DNA of 64,000 bases. Origin: Phaeosaccion multiseriatum (taxonomy: Eukaryota > Protista > Ochrophyta, other classes). The position numbers and the translations under genes are program-made. Shown here piece after piece: positions 23,930 through 36,556 of the stretch. The stretch spans positions 124,001-188,000 of the forward strand of contig OZ218964.1 in NCBI GenBank assembly GCA_965112735.1, given 5' to 3'. Every line of letters starts with the position of its first letter. The stretch's first letter is position 1. The notes beneath the pieces are model-generated. The model saw only the letters and a program-made list of their open reading frames with translations. It made no database searches and was not told where the DNA came from.

Positions 23930-26900
23930 ATGGTGAAGAAGTCTCCCCATCAGCTGGCAGCGGAGCAGCGCGTTCCCCACACAAACAAGCACCCATGGGC
24001 AGCGAATCGCGAAGCTACTCTGGGAGATAACCTCTGCGCCACGGGGGACATTGAGGACTCCACTCTTGCGAACGGGATGAAGATCGTCATGGATGATGAA
24101 CATGAGAAGCGGATTGACGAGCTCAGAGAGTTTGTGGTGGACAAACTCCTTCCCCTCAAGACCTGGAAGGAGGTGGAGAAGGAAATGTATTTGTTTCGCA
24201 AGAGGGCAAAGTTCTGCCCTCGCAAGAACGTGCTGTACCACATCTATAAGGAACAGGAGGTACGGGAGACACAAAGCCTGGGCGTTGCCGTGGGTCTTGA
24301 GTGGAGAGAGGGGACGGGGGGGAGATGGGTGATCAGGCAACGCGAAGGCGGCAAGCGGGGGGCATTAAATCTCTTTTCTGCAGACTTTGAGGCATACTCT
24401 GCTCTTTGGGTCAAGAAGCAGAGGAGGAAGTCTGATGAACAGGTTAAGAGTCCCCTTCCGAATGCACTACAGGCTTCAGAGCTGAGGAGCAGAGACTGAT
24501 GGACCAGCAGGAAGAGGAGGGGCGGGGAAGGGGGTGATGAGGAGAAAAGGCTCGCTCTGCAGGGGGTGGGTGTGGGAGGGGGGGGGGAGACGCCCAACAG
24601 AGCTACATTGATTAGGTGAATTGTACCACCGATACCCCAGCCCAACGGCCTGAGCGATGACAACATATAACTGCGCCCCATGAGCTCGTTCTCTCCCCTC
24701 CGCCCCCCTCTCGCTGCCGCTGTACTCTCCTGCTGCTCTGCTCTGCAGGTATGCAATCCCGAGTTGGAGAAACTCCTCATGACGAAACATATGCGGTCTC
24801 TGAGCGGAGTGCTCGTCGTGACGGTCCTCACCGCCCCTATCCCAACCTATACCGACGAAGAGACGGGAAAGGTTAAGACACAGGTGAGGAGGAAGGGAAG
24901 GCGAGAGAAGCACTGCCGAGTATGGCCTCTGACTGCATGTGCTTTGAAAGGAGAAGGAGCTGGTGTGTGTGTATATGTGTGTGTGACCACTCTCCTACCA
25001 CAACTACCACCACAATGGACTCGCTGCTCTGTTTTCGGGAGGCCTGAGAGCGAGAGCAAAGTCTTGTCAAAGTATCCCCCCCTCCCGGCACCGGCGCAGA
25101 GAGGCTCAGAGATGCCCCACCACCACAGCCGCGTCCGTCCCGTCCAAGCCGCTCACTCAAAGGAGTCGGCCATGCGCTTACACAAGGTTGCCTGCCTCAG
25201 ATGTCAGCAAGCAGCGGGGCGGGAGGGTGCAGGGGGGCGGGGCGACGCGAGCGCTGCTCCTTCTGATGTCCCGAGAGTCCCGAGAGGCACACCTCTTCCA
25301 TCGCAGACCACGAAACACACTTCGCGCTACCTTCTGCCCCCCACCCGACCACCCACCACCGCTGCTCCTCTCCCCTCCCCCCTCTTCCCTCTCACCTCGC
25401 CTCCCCACACCCCTCCAGCGCTTCTCCTGCAAGCACAACTGCTACTACTGCCCCAATGAGCCCGCCCACGCCGGTAAGTAAGCCCCCAACCCCTCTACCT
25501 GCCTCTGCACACCCCGTTGGCAGAAGGGGTCGATCCTCTTCCTGCCCCACACGCTTGTTCGCAAAGTCGTCTCCCCCTCTCACCCCGCCCTGTTACCTTG
25601 CCCTGATCTCCTGCCTTGCCCATACACCTCTACTGCTGCTGCTAGGAAACAACTTTGTGCCACAGCCGCGCAGCTACCTGCACGACGAGCCGGGCGTGCT
25701 GCGAGCCAACATGTGCGGCTTCGATGCCGTCATCCAGTTCAGGGAGCGAGTGAGGTGCGTAGGAATTATGGGTATATCTAGTTCAGGGAACATGAGAGGG
25801 TAGTGAGGCCAATGGCAGTGCTAGGCACAACTTCGCTCATCTCTAGTGCTTCTCCTCCTGCTCTTACTCCTCCTCCTTCCTTCTCCCCCTTTCCTCGTTT
25901 TCCCTCCTCCTCCTGCTCCTCCTCCTCCTCCTCCTCCTCCTCCTCCTCCTGCTCTTGCGCCTCCTCCTCCTTGGGGCTCTCCTTCTCTCCTACCCCACCT
26001 TACCATTCCTATCCTGAACATACACGAACCTCAGGACCTACGTAGCCAATGGTCACCCCATCGACAAGATCGAGGTCCTTGTGCTGGGTGGCACGTGGTC
26101 CGAGTACCCTCGAGCCTATCAGAAGGAATTCGTCAGAGACCTTTTCTTCGCTTCCAACACCATCTTTCAAAATGTGCGTGTCCTGGGGTTGTCCTGGGGT
26201 TGTCCTGGTGTTGTGTTGTGTTGTTTTGTCCTGTATATCCCTCTCTCTCTCCCTCTCTTTCTCTCTCTGATTCGTTCTCTTACTGTGCTCTCGCAGAGAA
26301 CCGAGCGCTTGAGTCTTGAGGAGGAGATTGCCATCAACCAAGACACGAAAGCGCGGATCATTGGCCTGACTCTGGAGACTCGTCCAGACACCATCGATAT
26401 GGAGGAGGTGGCTCGATTGAGGAGCTACGGGTGCACACGACTGCAGATTGGCATTCAGCACACGGACGATGGCATTCTGGAGAAGATTAACAGGTAGGTA
26501 TAGGAGAGAGAGGGGGAACGACAGGGGAAGGGATGGTGCAAGAGACGGAGAGGAGTGGTAAGAGAGGGGGGGGAGAAAGAGAAGAGAAGAGGGAGGATGA
26601 TGGAGATGGAGAAGAGATTGGGCGGGGACCCTCCGAAGAAGCAACAACAAGAAGCGCTCAGCCCACCACCTTGCTTTGCTTTGGGCCTCCCCCGTCCTGG
26701 CTGCAGCATGTCGAACCCCCAGCCCCTCACCCCCCCGCCCCCCGACTGCCACCCAATCCATCCCCAGAGGCCACACCAACGCGCAGACGGCGGCGGCGCT
26801 CAAGATCCTCAAGGACAACTGCTTCAAGGTGCGCATGTCTCTCACTGTCCTCACACTCACACTCACTGTCCTGACGCTCACTGCTCACTCTCCTGACACC

Positions 26901-29827
26901 CACACTCACTGTCTTGACTCCCACACTCACTGTCCTGACACCCCACTCGCTGTCCTTCCACTCACACTGACTGTCCTGACACTCCCTGCACTGTCCTGAC
27001 ACCCACACTCACGGTCCTCCCACTCACTCCCCCACTGTCCGGACACCCAGGTGGACATCCACCTGATGCCCAACCTACCCGGCGCTTCTGTGGAGCTCGA
27101 CGAGGCCATGTTCGATGAGGTGCTTAGCGGCCCGGACATTCAGGTGGGTGGGTAGTAAGTTAGCGGGTGGCTGGGTGGGTGGTCTCTGCTTGCTCAGTCA
27201 AGGTCTGCTGCCACCTCCGAGGCTCCCTCGGGTCACATGTCTAGCCCTGACTCTGCTGTCCCCCTTCTATCCCCTCCCTTCCCCCTCGCAGGCCGACCAA
27301 TGGAAGATCTACCCCTGCAGTGTGGTGCCGTGGACGGTCATTGAGAAGTGGCACGCTGAGGGAAAGTACAAGCCTTACTCGGACGAAGACCTTTTCGAGG
27401 TGCGTGGATGCGTGGGTGGCGGTGCGTACGTATGTCCGTTGTTTCAGATTGTGCTTGTTGGTTGGGGGCGGGGGAGAGCATCAGCCAGGGCGCTTCCCCC
27501 CTGCCTCTTTAGACAAGTGCTGTCTGTCCTTACTTGTTTCTTCCGTGCTTTGCCTCCTGCGTGCGTGTGTGCGTGCGTGCGTGCGTGCCCTCTCTATCGG
27601 TGCGGCCTGTGCCTGTCTGTAATATCAGCTCATCAAGAGGGTCAAGACGAAGGTGCATCCTTGGATCCGACTAAACCGCGTCATCCGAGACATTCCCAAC
27701 ACGGTGGGTGGTGGTGGGTGGGTGGATGTGTGTGTGTGTGTGTGCGTGTGTGTGTGGTGTGTGTGCGTGTGTGGGTGGTGTGTGGGTGGTGTGTGGGTGG
27801 ATGGGTGGGGGCGGTGGGACGAATCGATCAAAAAGTCAGCTAAGAAATGCCCGTCGGAGGAAGGAAGGAAGGAAGGACAAGGACGGAAGGTGCCTGCTGA
27901 CCATGCCCATCCACACTGACTGCGCCACGAAATCCGCTGCCTGTGCTCCGACACCGCTCATCGCCCCCCCCGCTCTCCCCTCCCACCCTCCCGCCCTGTG
28001 ATGATGGACGACCGCCGATCGACAATGTCTACTCGCCTACTCCCTACTCCCTACTGCCTACTGCCTACTAAGTACATTTCGGGCGGTTGTGCAGTGACCA
28101 ACATGCGGCAGTACCTCCAGAAGAGGCTGGCAGACGAGTAAGTCAGTGACTGGGGAAGTTGGGAAGTATTGCCGTGGCCCTGACCACCTGTGCCCCCCCC
28201 CTCCCCCCCTTCACCCTCCCCTGCACTCCTTTCTCATTCTCACTCTTCTCACCACCTCATGCTTCGCTCTCTCATGTCTCCCTCCTCTCCCTCTCCACCC
28301 CGCCTTCCCCTCGTCTATGTCCCCCCCCCCCCCCCCTCCCTCCCTCCCTCCCTCCCTCTCCCCCTGCTTAGAGGCAAGCGATGTCGCTGTGTGCGCTGCC
28401 GAGAGGTCGGGGGCGATGTGATGAAGGACCCTGTGCTTGTGGTGCGCAGTTACGCTGCACAGGATGGCCTCGAGTACTTCCTCAGCTTCGAGTCCGGGGA
28501 CGGGAAGGAGACGCTCTACGGCTTCCTCAGGCTCAGGTGTGTGGGTGTGGGTGTGGGTGTGTGTGTGTGTGTGGGGGGGGGGGGGGGGTGGTTGTGGGTG
28601 TGGGTGCGTGGAGCTTCAACTAATGCGAGGACACAACACCTGATGTCACCTCTCTCTACGGTCTCTCCTCTGTCGCTCACGACGCTTCATTTGTTCAGAA
28701 AACGTCCTGAATTAGCTTATGGCGATTCACGTCCGCTCCTTCATGCCTTGGTGACTGACTCTTCGTGACTCCTCCCTTGTGCCTCCTCCCTCTCCCATCG
28801 CTCTGTCTCGCTCTCTCTTCTTGCCCTCTCTGTCTCTCTCTCTTTTCTCTCTCTCCCTCTCCCTCCTTCTTTCTCTCTTTTTGCCCCTTTCTTGCTCTCT
28901 CCGTTTCTCTCTCTTCTCTCTCTCCCTCTCCCTCCTTCTTTCTCTCTTTTTGCCCCCTTCATGCTCTCTCCGTCTCTCTCTCTTCTCTCTCCCTCCCTCG
29001 CTCCTCCTTTCTCTCTCTTTTTCTCTCTCTCTATCTTTGTTGTGCTCCGAAGGATCCCGTCCGGCAGCTCGGACATCCTGCCAGTGCTGCAGGGCTGTGC
29101 CCTCGTACGAGAGCTGCACGTCTATGGTCAGCTTAGGAAGGGTGAGTGGCAGGGGTTGGGAGTGAGTGAGTGAGTGAGTGAGTGAGTGAGTAAGTGAGTG
29201 AGTGAGTGAGTGAGTGAGTGAGTGAGTAAGTGAGTGAGTGAGTGTGCGTGAGTGAGGGAGTAGGTGGGTAATTCAGTTAGTGAATGAGTGAGACGGCGAG
29301 TGAGTTTGTGGGTGAGTGAGTGAGTCAGTCAGTCAGTCAGTCAGTCACCTAGAACGTGCTGGAGATGGGAGCGGGCGGTTAATGGCGGGGTCGAAAAGCT
29401 GTAGAGAGAAACGAAAATTTGACGACTGGATTGATTCCGTAGCCTCATCCCATCTAACGTCTCTGCCCCCCCCCGCCCCTCCCTCTCCCCGGCTCCACTC
29501 CACTTCCTTTTTTTCCTGCTTGGCAAAGTGGGAGACGACGGCGTCACTCAGCACCAGGGCTTTGGATCGCAGCTGCTGGACAAGGCGGAGGAGATTGCGC
29601 TACAGCACGGCTATGTCAAGATGGCAGTCATCGCAGGGGTGGGGGCGAGGCGCTACTACGAGAAGTTCGACTACTCGCTGCAGGAGACGTTTCACATCAA
29701 GCAGCTGGGGCTCTGGAGCCGGGCCAGTCGCAGGAAGCTGAGGAGGAGGGCAGCGCTCGCATTGGTTGGTGTTGCTGCTGCGGCTGCTGCTGTCCTCGTC
29801 GCTAAAGCGAGGGGGAGGAAGAACTGA
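23930..29827 (+). CDS. ELP3: ELP3-family radical-SAM/GNAT tRNA uridine-34 acetyltransferase with C-terminal TM anchor; about 14 exons
   Basis: RSLSGVLVVTVLT, FSCKHNCYYCPNEP (CxxxCxxC), QPRSYL..EP, DKIEVLVLGGTW, IGLTLETRPD, GCTRLQIGIQH, HLMPNLPG, DQWKIYP, RLNRVIRDIP, CRCVRCREVG, YGFLRLR, ALVRELHVYG, QHQGFGSQLL..AE, AVIAGVGARRYYEK. Confidence 0.95.
26840..27045 (+). repeat. Degenerate ~18-19 bp minisatellite (CACTCACTGTCCTGAC core) filling an ELP3 intron
   Basis: About 10 imperfect copies visible. Confidence 0.85.
29160..29345. repeat. (GAGT)n / (CAGT)n microsatellites at the 5' end of the last ELP3 intron
   Basis: Visible directly. Confidence 0.9.
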
Positions 29828-30827
29828 GGAGGGAGAGCTGCCTTCCTTTGTGGAGCCATGTTGTGATATGTAAGTAAAACGTTCACCTAACAACCACCGG
29901 CCGCTGTAGAAAGCTCCATTGACTGCTTGAGCTCGTCACACTGCGCTGCCAGTGGCGGTGGAAAGTCATTTTTAAAAATGAAAAAATAATGAATGAATGA
30001 ATGAATGAGTGAGAACGAAACAGGGTATGTGTACCTGCACAGGGGCTTGCTTATGTGACTTTAACCTCCAGCCGCTGAATAAAAAGGATAGGGCAAGTAG
30101 TAGTTGGTGTACATGGCTGCCGCCTATCCTACCTTTACCTTTCCCAAGTTTGATCTGTCATCTATAGGGCCCTCTGAAGTAATGCCCAGGTCACTTCCGG
30201 AATCACAAAAGCCTCAGATCCCTTCTGGAATGCCTGAAGCGGCAGGTCGCCCTTGGCCATTCGCCACGCCTTACCACAGTGCCATTGCGGGGTGAGCACG
30301 GTTGGGTAGGCCAGGCTCAGCACCCCAAAGTGGGGCAGGTATGTGGAGGACGGCATAACACTCGCATCGCGAAGCATCTCGCTATCCCATCACAGTAGCC
30401 GACACGCGACATCCGGCAGTAGGTAGTAGGTGCAGAGCCGATGCCAACCCAACCACCCAACCGGGGTGCTCGGGTGTTGTGTTTGGGGAGAAGCGCCCTC
30501 GAGATGCATGGAGCTCATCCCCCTCGCGGGCGTTGTCCTTCGCTCGGTGACGTCAGCTGTGCACCGCCTTGGTGCGAGTGTGCATGCGTGCGTGCGGTGA
30601 GCGAGACGAGCTGACTGGACAGAGAAAAGTCCGGGTCGGAAACCTTTTGCTCTCTGTTTCTCTCACTCGGGCACGCGCTCTCTCTCTGTGTGTCTCACTC
30701 TCCTCCACTCACCGAGGGCTTGGGCCCTTGCCCGCTACGCAAAAAAGCTCAACTGCAGGGCTGACAGCTGGGCTGGTTCCTGGGCTGGATCGATATCAAG
30801 TGTTCCTGGCCTGGATAGATCGATCGA

Positions 30828-32147
30828 TCACGTGGTGTTGTCGCCTGCTCTTCCCTTGAGAGCCTTTGGAAGGTTCTTGACGATATGCATCGCTTTGTCT
30901 CTTTTTCGCATCTTTGTGAGATCCGGACCTCCCACCACTCCCGCCGCTCCACTTAGGGCAAACGGGGACACCTGCCCCCCTCCCCCCCCATCGGCAGCGG
31001 CAGCGACGCACTCGGGACAAATGAGCTCTTCTGCATCGATGGGGAGGTACAGGGGCCACATGTACAGACGACATGCCGCCTGGATGGCAATGCGGAGGGC
31101 AGAGTCCATGTTCCCTAGGGAGAGCACTTCCAAGCCTGCACCTGTCATGTGCACAGAGACGTCCGGTACGTGACGGATCGACACATACATGTTGCCGACG
31201 AAGGGGTAGCGAGGGAGCAGCTCCAGACTGAGGGTCAGACTCCCCTTCACCAGGAGCTCGGACAGAAGCAGTGAGCCGCTGGGCAGCTTGGCATTCTCAA
31301 GAGAGCTCAACTTGATATCGATGACGATGTTCATGTCTTTGCTCACGCTGTCGAGGTCGAGGCCGAAGTGGATCATCTTCGAAGTGGGCCGTTTCGACAT
31401 GGTCACCCCTGGGGGCACGTCCTTGGAGCTCAGGATGGCCACGGAGCGAAGGACTGGGACAGTGGCGCCCAAGTCCAGCGCAGTGACCTCGACGTAGACA
31501 CTCTGCTGCCGCCCCATCTCCTCCAGCACCTCTGTCACTTGCAGCCCAATCTCATTACTGACGTACTGGCCCAGTCCCTTGCTCCACATCTCCTGGACCA
31601 AGTGGTTCAGCCACATTGCACTCTCTCCCTGGGGATGGGGCTGGGGTTGGCTCGTGTCGCTTTCGAGGTCGGCGGTGTCCTTATCGCCACTCCTGGTTCC
31701 ATGGGCGTGAGCCGGCGCGTCGTGGCTGCTGCTGCTGGTGCTGCTGCTGCTGCTGCCTCGGCTCCACGTGCTTCCAAGCAGCTCAAGCTTCTCCAGCGAA
31801 GCTCGGCGGTAAGCAGCGTGCTCCACTTTCCACGCCAGCTTGCTGCGGTGCGACTGATCAATATAGGAGAGGTACAGCCAGCAGCTTGGGGAGAGAAAGA
31901 GCGAGTGAGGGAGGGAGGGAGGGAGGGGCAGAGATGAGGGAGAGACAGAAGAGAGAGAGAGAGAGAGAGCGAGGGACGGGAAGATGCGATTTGCTGACAG
32001 TAGCGAAGGTCACATGGGCGGGCTATGCATGCACTCACATACACACGCCCACACACACTCGCACACACACTCACAGACACTCACACACACACTCACACGC
32101 ACAAGGACGCATACGCACGCACACGCCCGCACAAACTACACACACAC

Positions 32148-32207
<60 letters not shown>

Positions 32208-33445
32208 AAGAGCAGCAGCAACTTGTAGCGCCTTCGCCTGCACTTGCCCCACCGCCAGACGAGCAGCAGCAGCGCTGCCCCGAGGTGGTATGAAAAGGGC
32301 TCGACTCCTTCGATGCTCAAAAAGAGCGCGGCCCAGCACAAGCCGAGCTCCGTCCACAGCATGCCTGCGGCATGCTGTAGCCATCCCACGGAAACAGCCC
32401 CGGCCTCCGCCGCCTCGCTCTGGCGTTTCTCCAGCTCCAACTCAGCAAGCAAGGCCTGCTGCTCGGCCGAGTTGAGACTCGCCGCGCCTTGTCCCTGACG
32501 CAGCCGCTCCTCCATCTGCTGCTTCGCGGTAGGCATCCCTTCGAGCGTCATCAAGCCGCCCATAGAGTCTATCCCTCGCTCGCCGAGCCTCACCACATCC
32601 TTCACCACTTGTCCTGTGTTGGACGTGAAGCTTTCCGCCACGGCCCCCACTTGAAACACAACCTGACCAGCCCCTCTGGCAACAGTGCCAGTGACTTTGA
32701 GAAGGTCGCTCAGCGTATTTCTTCCAAGATGGGAGAGTCCCGAGATGGGGTCCCCGTCGGATTCGCCGTGCCTCTCCTCGCCCTTGCTGCCCCCCCTCCC
32801 TTTTGCTGCCCCCCCTCCTCCTCGTTCGGCTCCGACGGCCGCAGTCGCCGCCACCCGTATGCTCTCCTTATCTTTCTCTCTTGTATCCAAGTTTTTGCTC
32901 GCCCCCTCAATCATATCAGAAAGACCAATGGTCATTGCCCCAATGGACTTGAGAGGAAGGCCTGGGCAAGTACAGGGGTTTTATGGATGAGGGAGAGCAG
33001 GAGTGGAGGGAGTTGCGGAACAGAGAAATCACGCCTTACCTGCTAGTGCGGCTACCGTATCACCTGTGATTCCAACCGCGTCGCCGATGTTCCTGGCCTT
33101 CCGGCTGAAGAAGCCAAAGACATGATTGACAAATTCCACTTCTTCGTCGCAGTGCACGTCGTACTCTTTCTCCTTCTTCCTCCTCCCATTCCGGCCTCCA
33201 CTACGGCCAGATCCTTCAGCTGGGCATTCGTCTTTGGTCTCAGAAGGCCCGCCAGATGAAGCAGCAACAGATTCTCCTCCGAGAGCTGGGCTTTCACCTG
33301 CACCTTCAAATTGGCCAGATATTTTCATCAAATCGATCGCCGCAGAGGCACCACCCACAGCGCCCACCGTGGGCACGGAGCAGCATAGTAGAGCAAACAA
33401 CAACAAAAGAAAGGCCAGGGGCACAAGGCGCGTCCGCGGAAGCAT
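30828..33445 (-). CDS. Signal-peptide protein with TM hairpin and SMP (TULIP) lipid-binding domain, no C2 domains; about 3 exons
   Basis: N-terminus MLPRTRLVPLAFLLLLFALLCC; ESAMWLNHLVQEMW...VTALDLGATVPVL...VKGSLTLSLELLPRYPFVGNMYVS...PDVS...YMWP is the extended-synaptotagmin SMP signature. Approximate exons 33445-33041, 32970-32207, 31886-30828. Confidence 0.82.
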
Positions 33446-33873
33446 TTATTGAGCTGTTCTTGTTCACACGCGGCGGGAGACAGAGCTTCGCGTGTTGGTG
33501 ATTTGTTGCTTGACTTCGTTCGATTTGTTCCGAGCAACATCCTCGTTGTAGCAGTGCCATGAAGCTCCAATACTCTACTAGCGACACCCATTCATCACTT
33601 CTGATTGCGGGCGTAGGAAATTGGCTGCGTCAAGCGCTGGTGTACCATCTTCCCCCTTCACCCCTACCTTCAAACTCAATAATCTCCACGGTCATGAGCC
33701 CTGCCGGGAGGCTATGTGCTCCAACGGAGTTGAGAAGAAGCCTTAAGAGATTATGATGCGAGCGTACGCAGAGGACGGAGGCTGGTGACCCCAGACAGGA
33801 GTAGGAATTATAAGAAAAAGATTGGGAACACTGGAAGGAAGTACACGCAGGAGTAGAGCACGGGAGAAAAGCA

Positions 33874-34848
33874 ATGTCCAGCTTTCATTCCACGTCTTTA
33901 GCTGCTCCGATCGTGCACAGCGACTACCCGCATGAGGCCAGCAGCGAGCCACGTGGAACAAGGCGAGCAGGAGAGGAGAGTGGAAGCAAGGGGGAGGAGG
34001 AGACGGAGCGGCAGTGTTGCATATTCTCGCAAGCGTGGCGGGATGCCGTGCTCGACGGCGAAAGTAAGAAGACGACCAAGCGCGGAGAGTTTGACTTCCT
34101 TCTTGATCCCTACAACAGAATGCTGCTCGTGCTACGATGGGACCTTTCGAGCCAGTGCTATCTCATCCACCACGTCTGCCGCACCACCGAGCGACTGTTG
34201 GGATACTCTTGTGAGAGGCTCAAGGGCCGTAGCATGGAGGTGCTGGGAGATCGCTCCAAGGCCACCGACACGGCTGTGTTCGACAGGCTACTCCTCTCGC
34301 TCAGGAAGGGTCCTACACCCTCAGTGTCCGGGCACCAAGGCCAAGGAGGAGGGCGAGGGGGGGACACGCAGAGAGACGGACAAGAAACTGTGCCGAAGCA
34401 GCAGCAGCAGCAGCAGCAGCAGTACCAGGAGCAGCAGCAGGCAGAGGAGCAAGAGGAGGGCGTGATTGGCATGAACACACCAGGAGAGGCGGGCACCGTG
34501 CACTTTAGCGGGTACCTGAATCTGTACACAGCGGGGGGCAAAGCGTTCAGCAGTTTCACCACGGTGGACGACATCGCCGACGGCTTGGCTCTGTGTAAGA
34601 TTCAGCACGCGTCCTATCTCGGCTACTCCCACATCCCGGTCGCCAGAGAGAGCTTTATCGAGAGAGGCACTCCCCCGAGCCGCCGCCCCAGAGCCAAACG
34701 CAGGAGCAGAGCGGCGACGCCACAGCCGGCAGCAGCAAATACCAAGGAGGCCGCGACTTGTGAAGGTGTGAAGAGTGGAGAGAGGCAAGAGAGTAGAATC
34801 AGTAGTGCGGCTGTGATCTCTCTCTTCCCCCAAAAGACGGGAGGATGA
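33874..34848 (+). CDS. PAS/LOV-like domain protein lacking the photoactive Cys
   Basis: IHHVCRTTERLLGYSCERLKGRSMEVLG..TDTAVFDRLLLSLRKG [Q-rich insert] FSGYLNLYTAGGKAFSSFTTV aligns to the LOV/PAS pattern (LTGYS..E..GRNCRFLQG..TD...NY.KDG..F.N). Confidence 0.65.
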   Translation: MSSFHSTSLAAPIVHSDYPHEASSEPRGTRRAGEESGSKGEEETERQCCIFSQAWRDAVLDGESKKTTKRGEFDFLLDPYNRMLLVLRWDLSSQCYLIHHVCRTTERLLGYSCERLKGRSMEVLGDRSKATDTAVFDRLLLSLRKGPTPSVSGHQGQGGGRGGDTQRDGQETVPKQQQQQQQQYQEQQQAEEQEEGVIGMNTPGEAGTVHFSGYLNLYTAGGKAFSSFTTVDDIADGLALCKIQHASYLGYSHIPVARESFIERGTPPSRRPRAKRRSRAATPQPAAANTKEAATCEGVKSGERQESRISSAAVISLFPQKTGG

Positions 34849-35276
34849 CAGGAAAGAAGTAGTGGTAAGGCAGAAGGAACAGACGAAAAGAGCAACTGGA
34901 CGGTGGAAGTAAAGATATTGAAAGCGCCCGTCGTGCAGGTGACTGGGCGGGAGGGAAACCTAGGTCGCAATCTTGTAATTCACATTAAAGATGAAGTACT
35001 TGCTCGCTCTCGGTTTTCGGCTCTTTTTATACAATATCAATGAGCGAAGCGGCGGTCGCGTCTAGGCAACCCTCTCTCTCTCTCTCTCTCGTTCAGCTCG
35101 CCAATTCGCATACACCAATGAGCCACCCGAGGGATGGGCAACTTTGTTGACAGGCGAGGTGCTGCACGAGGTGGGCCCCTCATCGGCTCCAAAATGCCAT
35201 GCCCCCACTGTGCCCAATGCGTCTCACGCACGTGTCCCTCTCCTCCCTCTGCATGCTGCTGCGTCCTGCCCTTACT

Positions 35277-36556
35277 CTATGCGACCACGTCCGGAACCAC
35301 AGCCTCGGCCTCCTCCTCCTTAGCTGCTACTTCGTCCAAGACGGTCTCTGCTACCACCGGCGCCTGTGCCTCCTCCTTGGGCTTCATCTCACCCCTGTCC
35401 GTCCTCGCTCTGCTGAGAGCCATCTTCTGATTTCGAGTAAGCTTGACCACCTCCTTGACAGGCTGGACCTTGGGCGGCAGGTGGCCCGTGACTGTGTACA
35501 CGGGAATGCCCAAGCAAGCGCCGTTGGTCATAACCACCTCATCGTAAACTGCGGGCTTCCTGTTTCTGTCTGACGCGCGAGACTGAAAGAAGGGCACACA
35601 GACGGACGGATGGATCGGATGGACAGATAGAAAGAAGCAAGCAGAGCAGAGCGTCGTTAGAAGTGAATGAGGCTTGGGGTCCATGCCGCAGCCACGCGTT
35701 TGGGTGAACCGGTTGGGCTAAAACGTCAAGCCGCTGACTGACACCAGACATGAAACGAAATACTCAGGCTGTGCTCTCGGTACCAACGTACGCTGTATCG
35801 GAGAGGCTTCGTCCAACCCAGCCACCTCATTTCATCTCCCTCTCCTCCCGTATCCTCGCTGCTGACAAAGCACCCCCCCCCCTCCCTCCTTCTGTGACAT
35901 CTCTTTCAGAGCAATCCATCCCTTCTCTACGCACCTTCCTAGGCCGTGTCTTGACGTGCTTCTTCGTGGCTTTCCACTGGACGTGTTTTGCCATCTGCAA
36001 CTGACCCCTCTGGCCACGAGGAGTGCGTTGCTGCTGCACGCCTGTGTTCCACAGAGGAGGGGCGAAGTTGAGGAGAAGCGCAACAGCAGCAGCAGCAGCA
36101 GAAGAAGCAGCAGCAGCAGCAACAGCATTGGCAAGAATCAGAGAAAGGAAGCATACTACTACAAGTAGACCGGCAAAGTTTTGCCCATCCAGCTGCATGC
36201 ATGCCAGCATTGGTCGTTGGTCTCCAAGGGTAGAACTCGACAAATGGTCGCGCAGGCAAACGGATGGCGCATACAGAAGGCCAATACACAGACAGCGCAG
36301 AATTCTTCTTGCTCTACCGGTTAGATGCCATGGCGAGAGAGGGCATACAGAGAATAGGTAGGAGAGCAGCAGCAGTGGTAGTAAGGAGCCAGAGAGGCGC
36401 CGATGAAGAAACCGTCCAGGCGGCCCTCAGTCATTGCCACGCCGCCACGCTCCTCGCCACGAACTCACCCTGCTGCGTGGGCACCAGTGCGGGCATAAAG
36501 GCCGCCGCCGAAGCCAGCGCCATGCACAGGGCTACGACATAGCAGACGCCTCCCAT
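35277..36556 (-). CDS. Plastid-targeted PSRP6/cL38-like ribosomal protein (166 aa, 3 exons)
   Basis: Exons 36556-36469, 36041-35935, 35582-35277 join in frame. Signal peptide ...ALASAAA|FMP (ASAFAP type); mature region AKHVQWKATKKHVKTRPRKSRASDRNRKPAVY resembles plant PSRP6 (QKK.TAHH.KTRP.K....D..RKP.VY). Confidence 0.72.
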
